NCBI GenBank assembly: GCA_051599415.1
Contig: AP039701.1
Location: 310,001-374,000 of the forward strand
Length of the DNA stretch: 64,000 nucleotides
Direction: 5' to 3'
DNA from: Savitreella phatthalungensis
Lineage: Eukaryota
Position 1 is the stretch's first letter. Each line of letters begins with the position of its first letter. A model generated the notes under the pieces. The model was not told the DNA's origin. It saw only the letters and a list, made by a program, of their open reading frames with translations, and ran no database searches. This document shows positions 32,221 through 42,763 of this stretch, piece after piece. The position numbers and the translations under genes were made by a program.

Positions 32221-35200
32221 ATGTCAGACTCAGCTGGAAACGAAAAGGTCGCTCAGACACCGCTCGAGCGTGATGCTTATCGCATGAGCTATGCAGATGT
32301 CGCTCGCGGACTTTCTGTCAGCATGGACACAGGTCTTTCTACAAGTGAGGCAGAAGCACGCCTCCGCACTTACGGCAAGAACGAGCTCGACGAGGAAGAT
32401 GCAGTCAGTCTCGGCGCTATTATCATCGGACAGACGCTAAACTCGATGGTCATGGTGCTCGTGATTGCCATGATCGTCTCTTTCTCCGTCGTCGACTACA
32501 TCTCCGGAGCCGTACTCGCGGCCGTGGTCATCATCAATATTATCGTCGGCACATTCCAGGAGTACCAGGCGGCGCGAACGATGGATTCGCTCAAATCGCT
32601 CGGTACTCCGTCTGCACACACCATCCGAGATGGACAGGACAAGACTGTGCCGTCTGGAGATGTCGTGCCGGGAGACATCGTCGTCTTCAAAACAGGCGAC
32701 ACCATTCCAGCAGACATTCGTGTCTTTGAATGCATGAACCTCGAGACGGATGAGGCGCTCCTCACAGGTGAAGCACTTCCAATCGCCAAAGACCCTGAAC
32801 AGGTCTTCGAGAATGACTCTGAGGATGTCCCTGTGGGCGATCGCATCAACCTCGTCTTCTCTTCCTCTACTGTCACTAAAGGCCGTGGCAAAGGTATCGT
32901 GGTGGCGACCGGTATGCAAACAGAACTCGGCGCCATTGCTGCACAGATGCACAAGAAGGACAAGAAGCTTCGGAAGCCGAAGAAGCGTCAGGACGGATCG
33001 ACCCCTTGGTATGGTTGGCCCGTAGCCTTTGGACTTTCCATCGGTGACATGGTCGGCAAATTTCTGGGCGTCAACGTCGGCACACCCCTCCAGCGAAAGC
33101 TATCCCAGCTTGCAGTCGCCCTCTTTCTTCTTGCGATCGTCTTTGCCGTCATCGTTGAAGCGGCCAACAACTTCTCAGCTGATGCGGAAGTCGTCGTATA
33201 CGCTGTCGCAACAGGTGTTGCGATGATTCCCGGTTCGCTCGTTGTTGTGCTTACCATCACAATGGCACTTGGTGTCAAGGCCATGGTGAAGCGCAACGTC
33301 ATCGTTCGCAACCTCGACTCGCTCGAGGCCCTTGGTGGCGTCACCGACATTTGCTCAGACAAGACCGGCACGCTGACGCAGGGTAAGATGGTGGTCAAGA
33401 AGGCATGGCTGCCAGCCGTTGGAACTTTCGCTGTCGGTTCCGCAAAAGACCCAATCGATCCGACGGTGGCGAAAGTCACCATGTTGGAGGAGTCGCCTGC
33501 ACATGCCAATACCGGCAAGGACAACAAGGACGAACCGGTCGATCCGGATGCAGCGGCCGATCCCTCAGCTGAGGACGTCCGCAGCAAGAAAGATCGCCAC
33601 CCCAGCCTCGACAGCTTCCTCGATGTCGCGGCCATGTGCAACCTCGCCACAATCAAGAAAGTGCCCGAGGGCTCGTACAAGGCCACCGGCGACCCGACCG
33701 AGATCGCCATTCAGGTCTTCGCCGAGCGCTTCCACCACGGACGGCACCGTCTCACCCATGTCGCCTCAGGCGATGACGACGAGACGGAGAAATCCGGCCC
33801 GGCGCCCTGGAAGGAGATTGCAGAGTATCCATTCGACTCGGATGTCAAGCGGATGTCAGTCGTTTACCGCCACGAGGACAGCGGTGAGTCTTTCGTCTTC
33901 TCCAAGGGTGCTGTAGAACGCGTGCTCTCCTGCTGTGACAACATGGCCTCGGGAGCAGATGCTACAGAAAACATCACCGAAGACGTGGAGGCACGTATTC
34001 TGAAGAACATGGAGGCCCTAGCTTCTCAAGGACTCCGTGTACTCGCCCTCGCCCGCCGCGCTGTCAACAGTGCGGAGGAGGACTTCTCTTCAGGAGACGT
34101 TCCACGAGACCAAGTTGAATGCAACCTAACCCTTCTCGGTCTCGTCGGCATCTACGACCCACCTAGGCCCGAGTCCGCACCGGCAGTGGCAGAGTGCCAC
34201 AAGGCCGGTATCGGGGTTCACATGCTCACTGGCGACCACCCGGGCACGGCACGCGCGATCGCTATCCAGGTCGGCATCCTGCCGCGCACGATGGGCGCGC
34301 TCCCTGCAGACATCGCCTCGGCCATGGTGATGACGGGCTCGAGCTTCGACCGATTGTCGGAAGACGAGATCGACGCGCTCCCGGTACTGCCGCTGGTGAT
34401 TGCGCGATGCGCGCCATCGACGAAAGTGCGGATGATCGAGGCACTACATCGTCGCAAGGCGTTTGCGGCAATGACGGGCGACGGCGTCAACGACTCACCT
34501 TCGCTCAAACGTGCCGACGTCGGTATTGCTATGGGACAGAACGGGTCGGATGTGGCAAAGGACGCATCGGATATCGTCCTCGCTGATGACAATTTCGCAT
34601 CGATCCTGAACGCCGTCGAGGAAGGTCGTCGAACGTTTGACAACATCAAGAAATTCATCCTACACCTGCTCGCTGGCAACTGGGGTCAGGCCTTAGTCCT
34701 TCTCGTCGGTCTCGTGTTCATGGACGAGTCTGGCAGATCAGTCTTCCCGCTTTCACCAGTCGAAGTGTTGTGGATCATCATGATCACAGCATCCTTCCCA
34801 GCCATGGGACTCGGGCAGGAGCAAGCAGCCTCAGATGTCATGGACAGGCCGCCGCACGACACGAAAGTCGGTGTGTTCACATGGGAGGTGGTGACGGATC
34901 TGTTCGTGTACGGAATTGGTGTGGGTGGGGTCTGTCTTGCCGCCTTCATCACGATCGTGTATGGGTACTTTGACGGAGACCTCGGGATCGGCTGCAATGA
35001 GTCCTACGACGCCAGGTGCGAGGGAGTCTACAGGGCCAGATCGCTCACCTTCATCACCATGACCTGGTCGTTGCTCCTGCTCGCGTTCGAGATGATCGAT
35101 ATGCGTCGAAGCATGTTTGCCTTGCGACCACGTCGCAAGGAGGTTTCTCGAATCCGCCAAATCTGGCAGGATCTGACGAAGAACCGTTTCCTCTTTTGGT

Positions 35201-35568
35201 CATCCATCATCGGTGGTCTGACGACGGTCCCAATCGTCTTGATCCCTGGCCTGAACCGCACGGTCTTCAAGCACGGGATCGTTGGATGGGAATGGGCTCT
35301 CGCTTTGGGCTTCTCGCTCCTGTATGTTGGGTTCATGGAGGCTTGGAAATGGGCGAAGCGAATTTACTTCAGGAGATCGGCCTCTCATGCGCACAACCCG
35401 ATGGACGACCTCGAAGCCACAGGCGGCTCGACCCACTTTGCAAAGTACATCTCCATGAGCAGGTCAGACTACGGCACGCAGTACTCCACCGGCGGCGCCA
35501 CAGCTGTCGGAAAGAGATCCAGAAGGACATCGATGGCGACAAGGACGACGCGAAAGCCATCTGACTGA
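32221..35568 (+). CDS. ENA1: P-type IID Na+/K+-efflux ATPase (ENA/Cta3 family)
   Basis: DEALLTGEA, DICSDKTGTLTQGKM, KGAVERVL, MLTGDHPGTA and TGDGVNDSPSLK. TATATAA at 32041. Confidence 0.93.
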   Translation: MSDSAGNEKVAQTPLERDAYRMSYADVARGLSVSMDTGLSTSEAEARLRTYGKNELDEEDAVSLGAIIIGQTLNSMVMVLVIAMIVSFSVVDYISGAVLAAVVIINIIVGTFQEYQAARTMDSLKSLGTPSAHTIRDGQDKTVPSGDVVPGDIVVFKTGDTIPADIRVFECMNLETDEALLTGEALPIAKDPEQVFENDSEDVPVGDRINLVFSSSTVTKGRGKGIVVATGMQTELGAIAAQMHKKDKKLRKPKKRQDGSTPWYGWPVAFGLSIGDMVGKFLGVNVGTPLQRKLSQLAVALFLLAIVFAVIVEAANNFSADAEVVVYAVATGVAMIPGSLVVVLTITMALGVKAMVKRNVIVRNLDSLEALGGVTDICSDKTGTLTQGKMVVKKAWLPAVGTFAVGSAKDPIDPTVAKVTMLEESPAHANTGKDNKDEPVDPDAAADPSAEDVRSKKDRHPSLDSFLDVAAMCNLATIKKVPEGSYKATGDPTEIAIQVFAERFHHGRHRLTHVASGDDDETEKSGPAPWKEIAEYPFDSDVKRMSVVYRHEDSGESFVFSKGAVERVLSCCDNMASGADATENITEDVEARILKNMEALASQGLRVLALARRAVNSAEEDFSSGDVPRDQVECNLTLLGLVGIYDPPRPESAPAVAECHKAGIGVHMLTGDHPGTARAIAIQVGILPRTMGALPADIASAMVMTGSSFDRLSEDEIDALPVLPLVIARCAPSTKVRMIEALHRRKAFAAMTGDGVNDSPSLKRADVGIAMGQNGSDVAKDASDIVLADDNFASILNAVEEGRRTFDNIKKFILHLLAGNWGQALVLLVGLVFMDESGRSVFPLSPVEVLWIIMITASFPAMGLGQEQAASDVMDRPPHDTKVGVFTWEVVTDLFVYGIGVGGVCLAAFITIVYGYFDGDLGIGCNESYDARCEGVYRARSLTFITMTWSLLLLAFEMIDMRRSMFALRPRRKEVSRIRQIWQDLTKNRFLFWSSIIGGLTTVPIVLIPGLNRTVFKHGIVGWEWALALGFSLLYVGFMEAWKWAKRIYFRRSASHAHNPMDDLEATGGSTHFAKYISMSRSDYGTQYSTGGATAVGKRSRRTSMATRTTRKPSD

Positions 35569-35617
35569 AACTGCATATTTAGCCCATAGCTAGAGAGCTT
35601 CCACATCATGACATATT

Positions 35618-37120
35618 TCATCTCGGCAGCCATACTTTCGTAATCCGATCTCCCCCAACACTCCCAAACACGTACGCCGAAGCTGCGAGATCCACCTCTT
35701 TTGCATCCGCCTCCTTCTTTTTGGGTGGTGCAGCTTGAATACGTGAGCTGTGTTTGATGGTGGATGGATGAGTGTCAGCAGCGAATCTGATTTGAGCGAT
35801 TAGGTTGGTGTGGACGCGCATCAGGGGTGGGAGAGGTTTGACTTTGGATTCAGTAGCGAGATCCCAGAATCGGACAGCACCGTCGTCGCCACATGATACA
35901 AGGAACCTTCCGGACGGGTGCCATGCGAGTGATCGAACCCAGCCACCGTGACCTTCCAAAAACAAGCGCTCATCACCAACACACACCTGGGACGGCGTGG
36001 AGGTGATGTCCCAGAGACCGATGAGCTTGTCGCGGCCTGCGGTCGCGCAGAAGCGCGTGGCCCCTGTGATTTGGGTGGTGGTGGTTGAAAGGCGTGTGAG
36101 GTACCGGTAGGCTGAAGGTGGAGCGAAGATGACAGTCTCGACGACGTGGGTGTGGGCTGAGCAGATGCCTCGGAGTCCGCGGTTGGTGTCTGCGAGGATG
36201 GAAATGCGGCTGGGGAGCGATCGAGCGAGGTCCAAGACGTCCCAGACGCGAGCCGTATTGTCGTGGCCAGAGGTCAGGAGGAGTGTGCCGTCTGGTGAGG
36301 CAGCGATCGAGGTCACTCGCTCGCCACCGTGCACATCCCGAGCTACCAGAATGCACGCGCCCGTCGTGACATTCCACAGCCTGAGGGATCCGTCACGCGA
36401 GCACGATGCCAGCACCGTCGCAGACGCAGTGTCCAGCATCGTTCCCGTCAGGCTGTTTGGTGTTGCGTGGGCAGGGTTCGAGAAAAATCGGATCGCACTC
36501 ACCCCGTCCTCGTGCCCGTAAAGCGTGCGCGCGCCGCGGTAGCCGTCATTTGCATCGAATATCCGGATCGTCATGTCCAGAGATGCTGTAGCCAGCAAGA
36601 CGCCATTATCAGGCAGGCTAGCATAGTCAATTGACGTGATTGGCTTCGCGTGTGCAGTGACGGTGGTTTCGTGAGTGCCGGTCTCATAGTCTGTCACTCT
36701 GACTGTGCCTGCTTCGCAGGCGGTCGCGACGCTGCCGACGGTCGGGTGGAATGCTAGTGAGGATATGGGCAAGCGATGTCCAGTGAGGGTGTGGGTGGGT
36801 GTATTGCTTGGAAGCCAGTTCTGCAGGTCTGCTTTGGTGGAGGTGGTGCCAAATGAGGCGCCTGCCAGTGCCTTCTCCAGGTCGATGACCTGCTTCTGAA
36901 GCCGCAGAACGCCCGTCCACTTGCGCTCTAGGGCACCATCTTCAGCAGAGCTGGGTGCTGGTGACGGCTGCTGAGGTTCTGCCGCATTGTGTCCGTTCGT
37001 GGGAGAGACCTGGGCTTCTCGCGTGAAGACTTCGGCAGATTCGGTAAAGCCACGACCTCGGAGGTATGAAGCGATGGCACGATGCAGCTCTTCACGCTGC
37101 CTGTCTGTCAGGTAGCTCAT
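35618..37120 (-). CDS. PAC1: Dynein regulator LIS1/NudF/Pac1 (LisH, coiled coil, WD40)
   Basis: LTDRQREELHRAIASYL, LERKWTGVLRLQKQVIDLE, WLP..TLTGHRLPI..FHP and several WD repeats. Confidence 0.9.
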   Translation of the reverse strand: MSYLTDRQREELHRAIASYLRGRGFTESAEVFTREAQVSPTNGHNAAEPQQPSPAPSSAEDGALERKWTGVLRLQKQVIDLEKALAGASFGTTSTKADLQNWLPSNTPTHTLTGHRLPISSLAFHPTVGSVATACEAGTVRVTDYETGTHETTVTAHAKPITSIDYASLPDNGVLLATASLDMTIRIFDANDGYRGARTLYGHEDGVSAIRFFSNPAHATPNSLTGTMLDTASATVLASCSRDGSLRLWNVTTGACILVARDVHGGERVTSIAASPDGTLLLTSGHDNTARVWDVLDLARSLPSRISILADTNRGLRGICSAHTHVVETVIFAPPSAYRYLTRLSTTTTQITGATRFCATAGRDKLIGLWDITSTPSQVCVGDERLFLEGHGGWVRSLAWHPSGRFLVSCGDDGAVRFWDLATESKVKPLPPLMRVHTNLIAQIRFAADTHPSTIKHSSRIQAAPPKKKEADAKEVDLAASAYVFGSVGGDRITKVWLPR

Positions 37121-37446
37121 ACGGAAGTGTGTCTCATGGCTGAGCAGACCGGCTGACAGTCGAAATAGGTCGCGTTGCGTCGACGTGTCTGCGCATTTGC
37201 GTCATATGGTAAATATAACATAGAACGTACACAATGAAAGAACGGCGTGTATCACGCATGATGCATCACGCATGATGTTGGAGGGAAGAGGTCAATGCAT
37301 AGTCATGGTGAGAAGGAGAGCGACGAAGAAGGGAAGGAAATGTTTGTCTGTGGGATACATGCGATAGAGAAATGGTGACACGTAAAGTAGTGAGATCTGC
37401 TGAAGGGCGAGGGCTGGAACTCTATAGCTCAGATGTCGCGCTTCGA

Positions 37447-38106
37447 TTACTTGAGCTGAGCGAACAGCTTTGGTGCCATGCACTGGTCGACACAGTGCAT
37501 CAGGTGGAACATCTCCTCAACGCTGTTTGTGTGTGTCAGTTTACGAATCGAGGATAGAGAGAGCGCGTTCAGAGATGCGCGCATGAGTGCGCTCGGTGCT
37601 GCAGCTTTGACCCGTCACGCAGGGTGTCGCGCTGCAGAATGTCTGTGCAGTCTCCTCATCTGCGCTCTTTAGAAAGTTTTGTCTTACCAGTCCTCGTGGT
37701 GGCCGTCATCTTCGCTCTTTCCGAGCACGCGCTCCTGGCATTCCTCAAAGTGGTGCTTGAGTGGAGCGCAGGCCTTTGTGTTCTCACATGCCTCTACGAT
37801 TGCGGGCTTCTGGTCTTCTGCTTCTTCCTCCTCTTCCTCCTCTTCTTCCTCCTCTTCTGCCTCCTCAGCCTCCTCCTCGGGTGCGTCGTCCTGTGCTGTT
37901 TCGTCTGCTGGCTCTGCCTTTGACGATGCTGACTCGGTGTTGCCCCTGTAGATTATGCGGTCAGTCTCTTGTCATCATTCAACGGTAGATGGAAGAGATG
38001 AAGTGGGTGGAAGAGAGTTTTAAACTTACGGTGTCTGAGGGATTGTGACTGTTGCGTCTGCGTGGACGGTGAAGTAGTCTGATACCCAGGATGCGATGGC
38101 GGACAT
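37447..38106 (-). CDS. QCR6: Cytochrome bc1 hinge subunit 6; exons 38106-38030, 37945-37688 and 37522-37447 (136 aa)
   Basis: Not in the ORF track. Acidic run followed by EDQKPAIVEACENTKACAPLKHHFEECQERV..EDC|VEEMFHLMHCVDQCMAPKLFAQLK. Both introns are GTAAG..CTGAC..CAG and keep frame. Confidence 0.93.
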
Positions 38107-38908
38107 GGTCTAGGATTATTCTATAGCGTGACCGGATGGAGGTATACTGTTGATCAAGTCTCTCTTGTTTCTTGTCTGTGCTATGTGCCTCTGGGGGGGT
38201 GTAAATGGAAGGATAATGGTGAAGCGTATAGTTTGCCCTTGCCCGATCCTGCACGAGTTTGTGCTGTGTGCTGCTAGGTGCCGTATGCTGTATTCTGTTG
38301 CTGTAACCCGTGCACCGCCGCCTCTACGTACAAAATTTATCTAGATCTAAATTATATATAAACTGAAATATATGGTAAGCAGCTCTAATTCAGCCAATGT
38401 TCATGCATACAAATGTACTCTATGATAAATTAGATCTAGTCGCATGATGAATAGCTGGTTCAACTGCAGTACGTATACTAATTGAAACAGGTGATCTGTT
38501 GTTCTGCCTTCAAAATTTCAACAAGGTCTCCGCTTTCCTCCGCCGTCTGTGTTGAATCGAATTCGGGTCAATTGATTATTCTGCTTGATTAATCGCTTAA
38601 TAGAATTTCTATGCGCTCGGTCCAGAGACCGCAGCTTATTCTATGGTGGTGTCACGTGTTTTTACTCGCTGAGACCTTCACGAGAGGCAAATGAATCTTC
38701 AAGTCGGACTGGACATTGTTGATGTATCTAGTCGGCTACTGATGTCCGCATTGACTCATGGGCGATCTACTTGTATCACAGCTGTCTGTAATTGTCGGGT
38801 TGTCAACCTTATCATCATCATCATCGTCATTCATTAGACAGCTAGCTGATCAGCTGAGCAGTGCAGTGCAGAGCTCGATGTATCTGCTTGCTCGCTTGCC
38901 TGCTCCCC

Positions 38909-39580
38909 TCAACGTCGTCTCTCCTGCTTCCACTTATACTTTGGCGTGCCATCTGCATCGACTCCGACTTTCCGACGAGCTCCCTTGGTGGCGAGGTGTC
39001 TGTGTAAAGCGACCTGCTTCTCCATCGTCTTGATCTTCTCCAGCCGCTGGAGCCTGGCTTCCTCCTCCGCCCGTGCCTTCGCTCGAGCTTTCAACACTGC
39101 TGCATCTGGCTCTGACTTTGACTCTGTCGGCTGCGAAGACGTTCGGGACGCACCTTCTGTCTTCGGTCCTTGGCCATCGCTGTAACTCACGTGATTGCGG
39201 ACACCGCCGGCGAAATGGCGTGCTTCTCTGCTCTTGTCGAGCTTCTTTGCCTCGACGCTTGCTACAAATCGCACGTACTTTGCGTCCTGGCTCTTGAGAA
39301 TCTTGACCTGGTCCTGCGTCAGAGCCGTGTTGCCGCGGTCGGAGGTCTGGACGCCCTTGCGCGTGGTCGCGTGCACCATCCCATGGTAGTACTCGTCCTC
39401 GTTCTTCCGCTCAGCTTTTCCGCGAAGCGCCTTCAAGCGTGCCTGCTTATCCGCATAGTCCCGCGCACGCAGCACATAGTCCTTCTTCTTTTCAAGCAGG
39501 CCAAATTTCTGTCGACCGAATGGCTGCGCTCGCTCCCTGTGCTGCCGCTTCTGCTGTGTCGTCCGAGAGAATGAACCCAT
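38909..39580 (-). CDS. UTP11: SSU processome component Utp11
   Basis: HRERAQP..RQKFGLLEKKKDYVLRARDY..RKNEDEYYHGM..KSQDAKYV..YKWKQERRR. Confidence 0.95.
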   Translation of the reverse strand: MGSFSRTTQQKRQHRERAQPFGRQKFGLLEKKKDYVLRARDYADKQARLKALRGKAERKNEDEYYHGMVHATTRKGVQTSDRGNTALTQDQVKILKSQDAKYVRFVASVEAKKLDKSREARHFAGGVRNHVSYSDGQGPKTEGASRTSSQPTESKSEPDAAVLKARAKARAEEEARLQRLEKIKTMEKQVALHRHLATKGARRKVGVDADGTPKYKWKQERRR

Positions 39581-40116
39581 CTTGTAATAGTCTCTCTTGG
39601 TCTTCTACACTTCAATATCAGACCAGCGCAATGTTCAGTCCTCTGCGCCCCCGCTTAATCGTCTTGAGTGTATTGCGCTCCTTGATGAGCTGGAGTCTGG
39701 CCTGATCTGCCCTGACGTGTGTGATCTAAATCGAGGCACCACGATAGTATTAAATCGTACAGTCAGTCTATGAGACAAGAATCGACATCATGACGGACGT
39801 TCTGGATGCAGACAGTATCGAAGTATTGATTGAATTGACAATTCATTTTGATTTTGATTTTGAATTTCCATGATTTCAGCTTCACGTGCTTTTCTGTCGA
39901 TGTGATAGATATGCTCTGGATTGTCCCCAGAAGCCTCCGATCGACATCCCGTATGTATGATGGATGACGGTGTTCTTCGGTCTCGTTAGACTCTCTCCAT
40001 CATGTAAATAGTTGTTGCTCGTAAAGTGCTTTGAATCTATTACTGATGAGCAGTTGATTGTACCGTCGACCTCGCTCTAGGCCAGTTTTATCCATTCCGA
40101 TGATACACCGCACAGG

Positions 40117-41055
40117 CTATGTGAGGAAATCACCGACACCGGTCGTCCGGGGTGGACGCTGAGGACTCAACGGTAGCTGCAACGTCTCTTGACGCTGAAG
40201 ATCTTGGTTTTGTCTCGTCGAAGGTCGAGCTGGGATCCTTGGCTTGCGTCGTGGACTTGTAGGTGGACTGACCGCTATCGTTGGGATGCAGCAGCCAGCT
40301 GTTGGCCAGTATTTCGCTTTCAATTCTGCATTCGAATGTTTGAACCCCGGCCTGTGGGTCTTGGTAGAACTTCGACTCGCTGTGTCTACGGAAGCCCGAA
40401 CATTTGTCCGCTTTGGCTGGGCCGCGTTGTCCATTGTCGAGAGTCCAAGAACGAAATGGGCATGCGCAAAAGAAGTCTCGCTTGCGCTGGCACGATGCTG
40501 CTGATGACTCGCTTGAGCGGGTATGTCTTGCAGCTGAGTCGGTAAAGAGTCGCCCGCGAGAATAAATGGGAGTGAGAAGCCAGAGCTACGGCTATCGGTG
40601 ATGGTTGAAATAGTCTGAGCTGATGCGTGGCGTGCGTTGGATTTGTTCCGGAAGAAATTAAAGCTCGTTTCCGACAGACGATCTCGCAAGCTGAAGCGCT
40701 TGCTCCGCCGTGCCAGACCTTCTGTGCTTTTGGCCCTGATCGTATCCTGCGTAGCGATTGATGCCCGCCGTGGCTCGATATATGAATCGTACGAGCTGAA
40801 TCGAGATGGGCCAGCTAACCACTGCGATGCCAAATCAGCATTGTGATCTGTATCATCGGCCTCATCTTCTTGTGGATGATCTAATTCTTTTGCTGGCTCT
40901 TCCTGATGGCATTCAAGCTGACGAGCTTCACCTTCTTCCTCAAACAGATGCTGCATGTTTGGCGATGGCGTTGACCCCTCAAGTAGCGAGCGTTGCGACA
41001 ATGGCGACTGCGGCTCCCAAGCAGTCGTCGTTACGCTCAACCAAGAGCCAGACAT
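40117..41055 (-). CDS. Hypothetical S/R-rich disordered protein (start uncertain)
   Basis: 370-codon open frame with no recognised domain. First in-frame ATG is at about 41055. Confidence 0.5.
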   Translation of the reverse strand: MSGSWLSVTTTAWEPQSPLSQRSLLEGSTPSPNMQHLFEEEGEARQLECHQEEPAKELDHPQEDEADDTDHNADLASQWLAGPSRFSSYDSYIEPRRASIATQDTIRAKSTEGLARRSKRFSLRDRLSETSFNFFRNKSNARHASAQTISTITDSRSSGFSLPFILAGDSLPTQLQDIPAQASHQQHRASASETSFAHAHFVLGLSTMDNAAQPKRTNVRASVDTASRSSTKTHRPGFKHSNAELKAKYWPTAGCCIPTIAVSPPTSPRRKPRIPARPSTRQNQDLQRQETLQLPLSPQRPPRTTGVGDFLT

Positions 41056-41701
41056 ATCGGACGAGTCCACAGACCAGCCATCTGTAGTGCTTTGTATTCC
41101 AAATACCAGCCTTGCGACTCTAGACGAATGGCCCTCGTGGCCGACCTGGTCATACTTCTCGGTGAAACGAAGGCCCACGACACGTGTCGCACTACTTTCT
41201 TCACCCAGGATACTTATTGATCTCGACAAGTCAGCAGAGGTCGCTTGGCATTATGGCGGGAATCTCCGTCGGCGAAGAATCTCGATTACGATAGCTTCAT
41301 CTGTCAGTGGCGGAATCCATGCATGCTTGATTATATTCATCAATACGCGAGCATGGAAGATGGACGATTGCATGGCACGCATGGCTCCCCATGGTTATTC
41401 AGAGATCTGAATGCCCTGGTACAATGACCAGAGCATGCTATACTGCAATTTCCAATCGGACATGGACTTGTGGCATGGCTTTCGTACTGATCTTCAATTT
41501 CCCATCCGCACCTCCACGCGGGCTGACCACCCGTACAATGGTCAAATGCTCGTGTTCTTGAAGATAGGAGAAATTCACGTGCGTGCTAATTGGCAGGGCA
41601 TTTTTTGACGTCACCGAAGACCACAAATTCATCTTCTTCCAGGCGTTCTGTAAATAGATGGCAAGATTGACAAGCGATATTACCATTCGCTAGGTCTTCT
41701 G

Positions 41702-42763
41702 ATGGCGGACGATACCATTTCTCCAGACCATCTGTATCTGACGGCGTCGATTGTCGCTGCTTCATCACCGACAGGATTCAAGATGAGCGTGTTGCGTGGA
41801 CGACTGCGCTTCAGACTCTCGCGGAGCTATGTGGCTCGGTCGATCGACGTCTATATGGAGGGCTTCAAGACAGTGCGGCTGATCGAGAAGGGAAATGTGA
41901 ATATGAATACATCCGTCGAGTTCCGCGAATTGACAGAGCGCATCTGCTGCATTTCCTGGGATCTTGGGCAGGATGTGCAGATCGACGCAGATCAAGAGTA
42001 CAGTTATGACTTCTCTGCATTACTCGATGCACGATTGCCTCGAAGCATCAAAGTCGGTGATGCTATCATCTACTATCGACTGACGGCAGACATACCGAAC
42101 TTGAGAGCGCTTAAGACGGAGACGCGCTTGACAGTACCATGGTCGCGATCTGCCGTGATGGCTCACGAGGAGCTTGACTATGATGCGAAGCCAACGTGGA
42201 TCCAGATCGATGGTCATGATGACCACAATCTAGCGGTCCTGATGCTTGCACCCGCTCGTGCTATGAAGGGCCCGGACCGGTCGACGACAATCACACTCAA
42301 AACATCGCAGCACCCAGTCGACAAGCTCGGACTAACACACGCGGACATCGAGCTGATTCAGAACGTCACGATGTTCCTAGAACGGCTACCACAGCCACAC
42401 GAAGAACCGCCATTATCGATGTCAAAGGTGCGCGGTGAATGGAAGAATGCAACTCAAAATGAAGAGGGCGAATGGATGCTGGAGCTGGATCTGCCATTGC
42501 CTGCCATCATTCACGCGGAAATGGTCCAAAACAATCATCTTCACTGTCGACAGCAGCTTGCACTGACGCTTCACCGCCATGGCCTGCTGAAGCGTGCTAA
42601 GAAGCACGTCCAGGAGATCGCCTTGGTCCACCAGGACCTCGATTCGTGGGCAGGCAAGCAGATGCCTTCCTACGAGACGATCATGACTCAGACGCACGCT
42701 GATCCTGAATACAGCTACACAGGTCGAGATCAGAAAGACGGTCCTTATGGAGGCAACTTGTGA
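41702..42763 (+). CDS. Alpha-arrestin-like protein
   Basis: Arrestin_N-like LRGRLRF..SIDVYMEG..YSYDFSALLDARLPRSIKVGDAIIYYRLTA, with a C-terminal PY-like MPSYE. Confidence 0.6.
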   Translation: MADDTISPDHLYLTASIVAASSPTGFKMSVLRGRLRFRLSRSYVARSIDVYMEGFKTVRLIEKGNVNMNTSVEFRELTERICCISWDLGQDVQIDADQEYSYDFSALLDARLPRSIKVGDAIIYYRLTADIPNLRALKTETRLTVPWSRSAVMAHEELDYDAKPTWIQIDGHDDHNLAVLMLAPARAMKGPDRSTTITLKTSQHPVDKLGLTHADIELIQNVTMFLERLPQPHEEPPLSMSKVRGEWKNATQNEEGEWMLELDLPLPAIIHAEMVQNNHLHCRQQLALTLHRHGLLKRAKKHVQEIALVHQDLDSWAGKQMPSYETIMTQTHADPEYSYTGRDQKDGPYGGNL

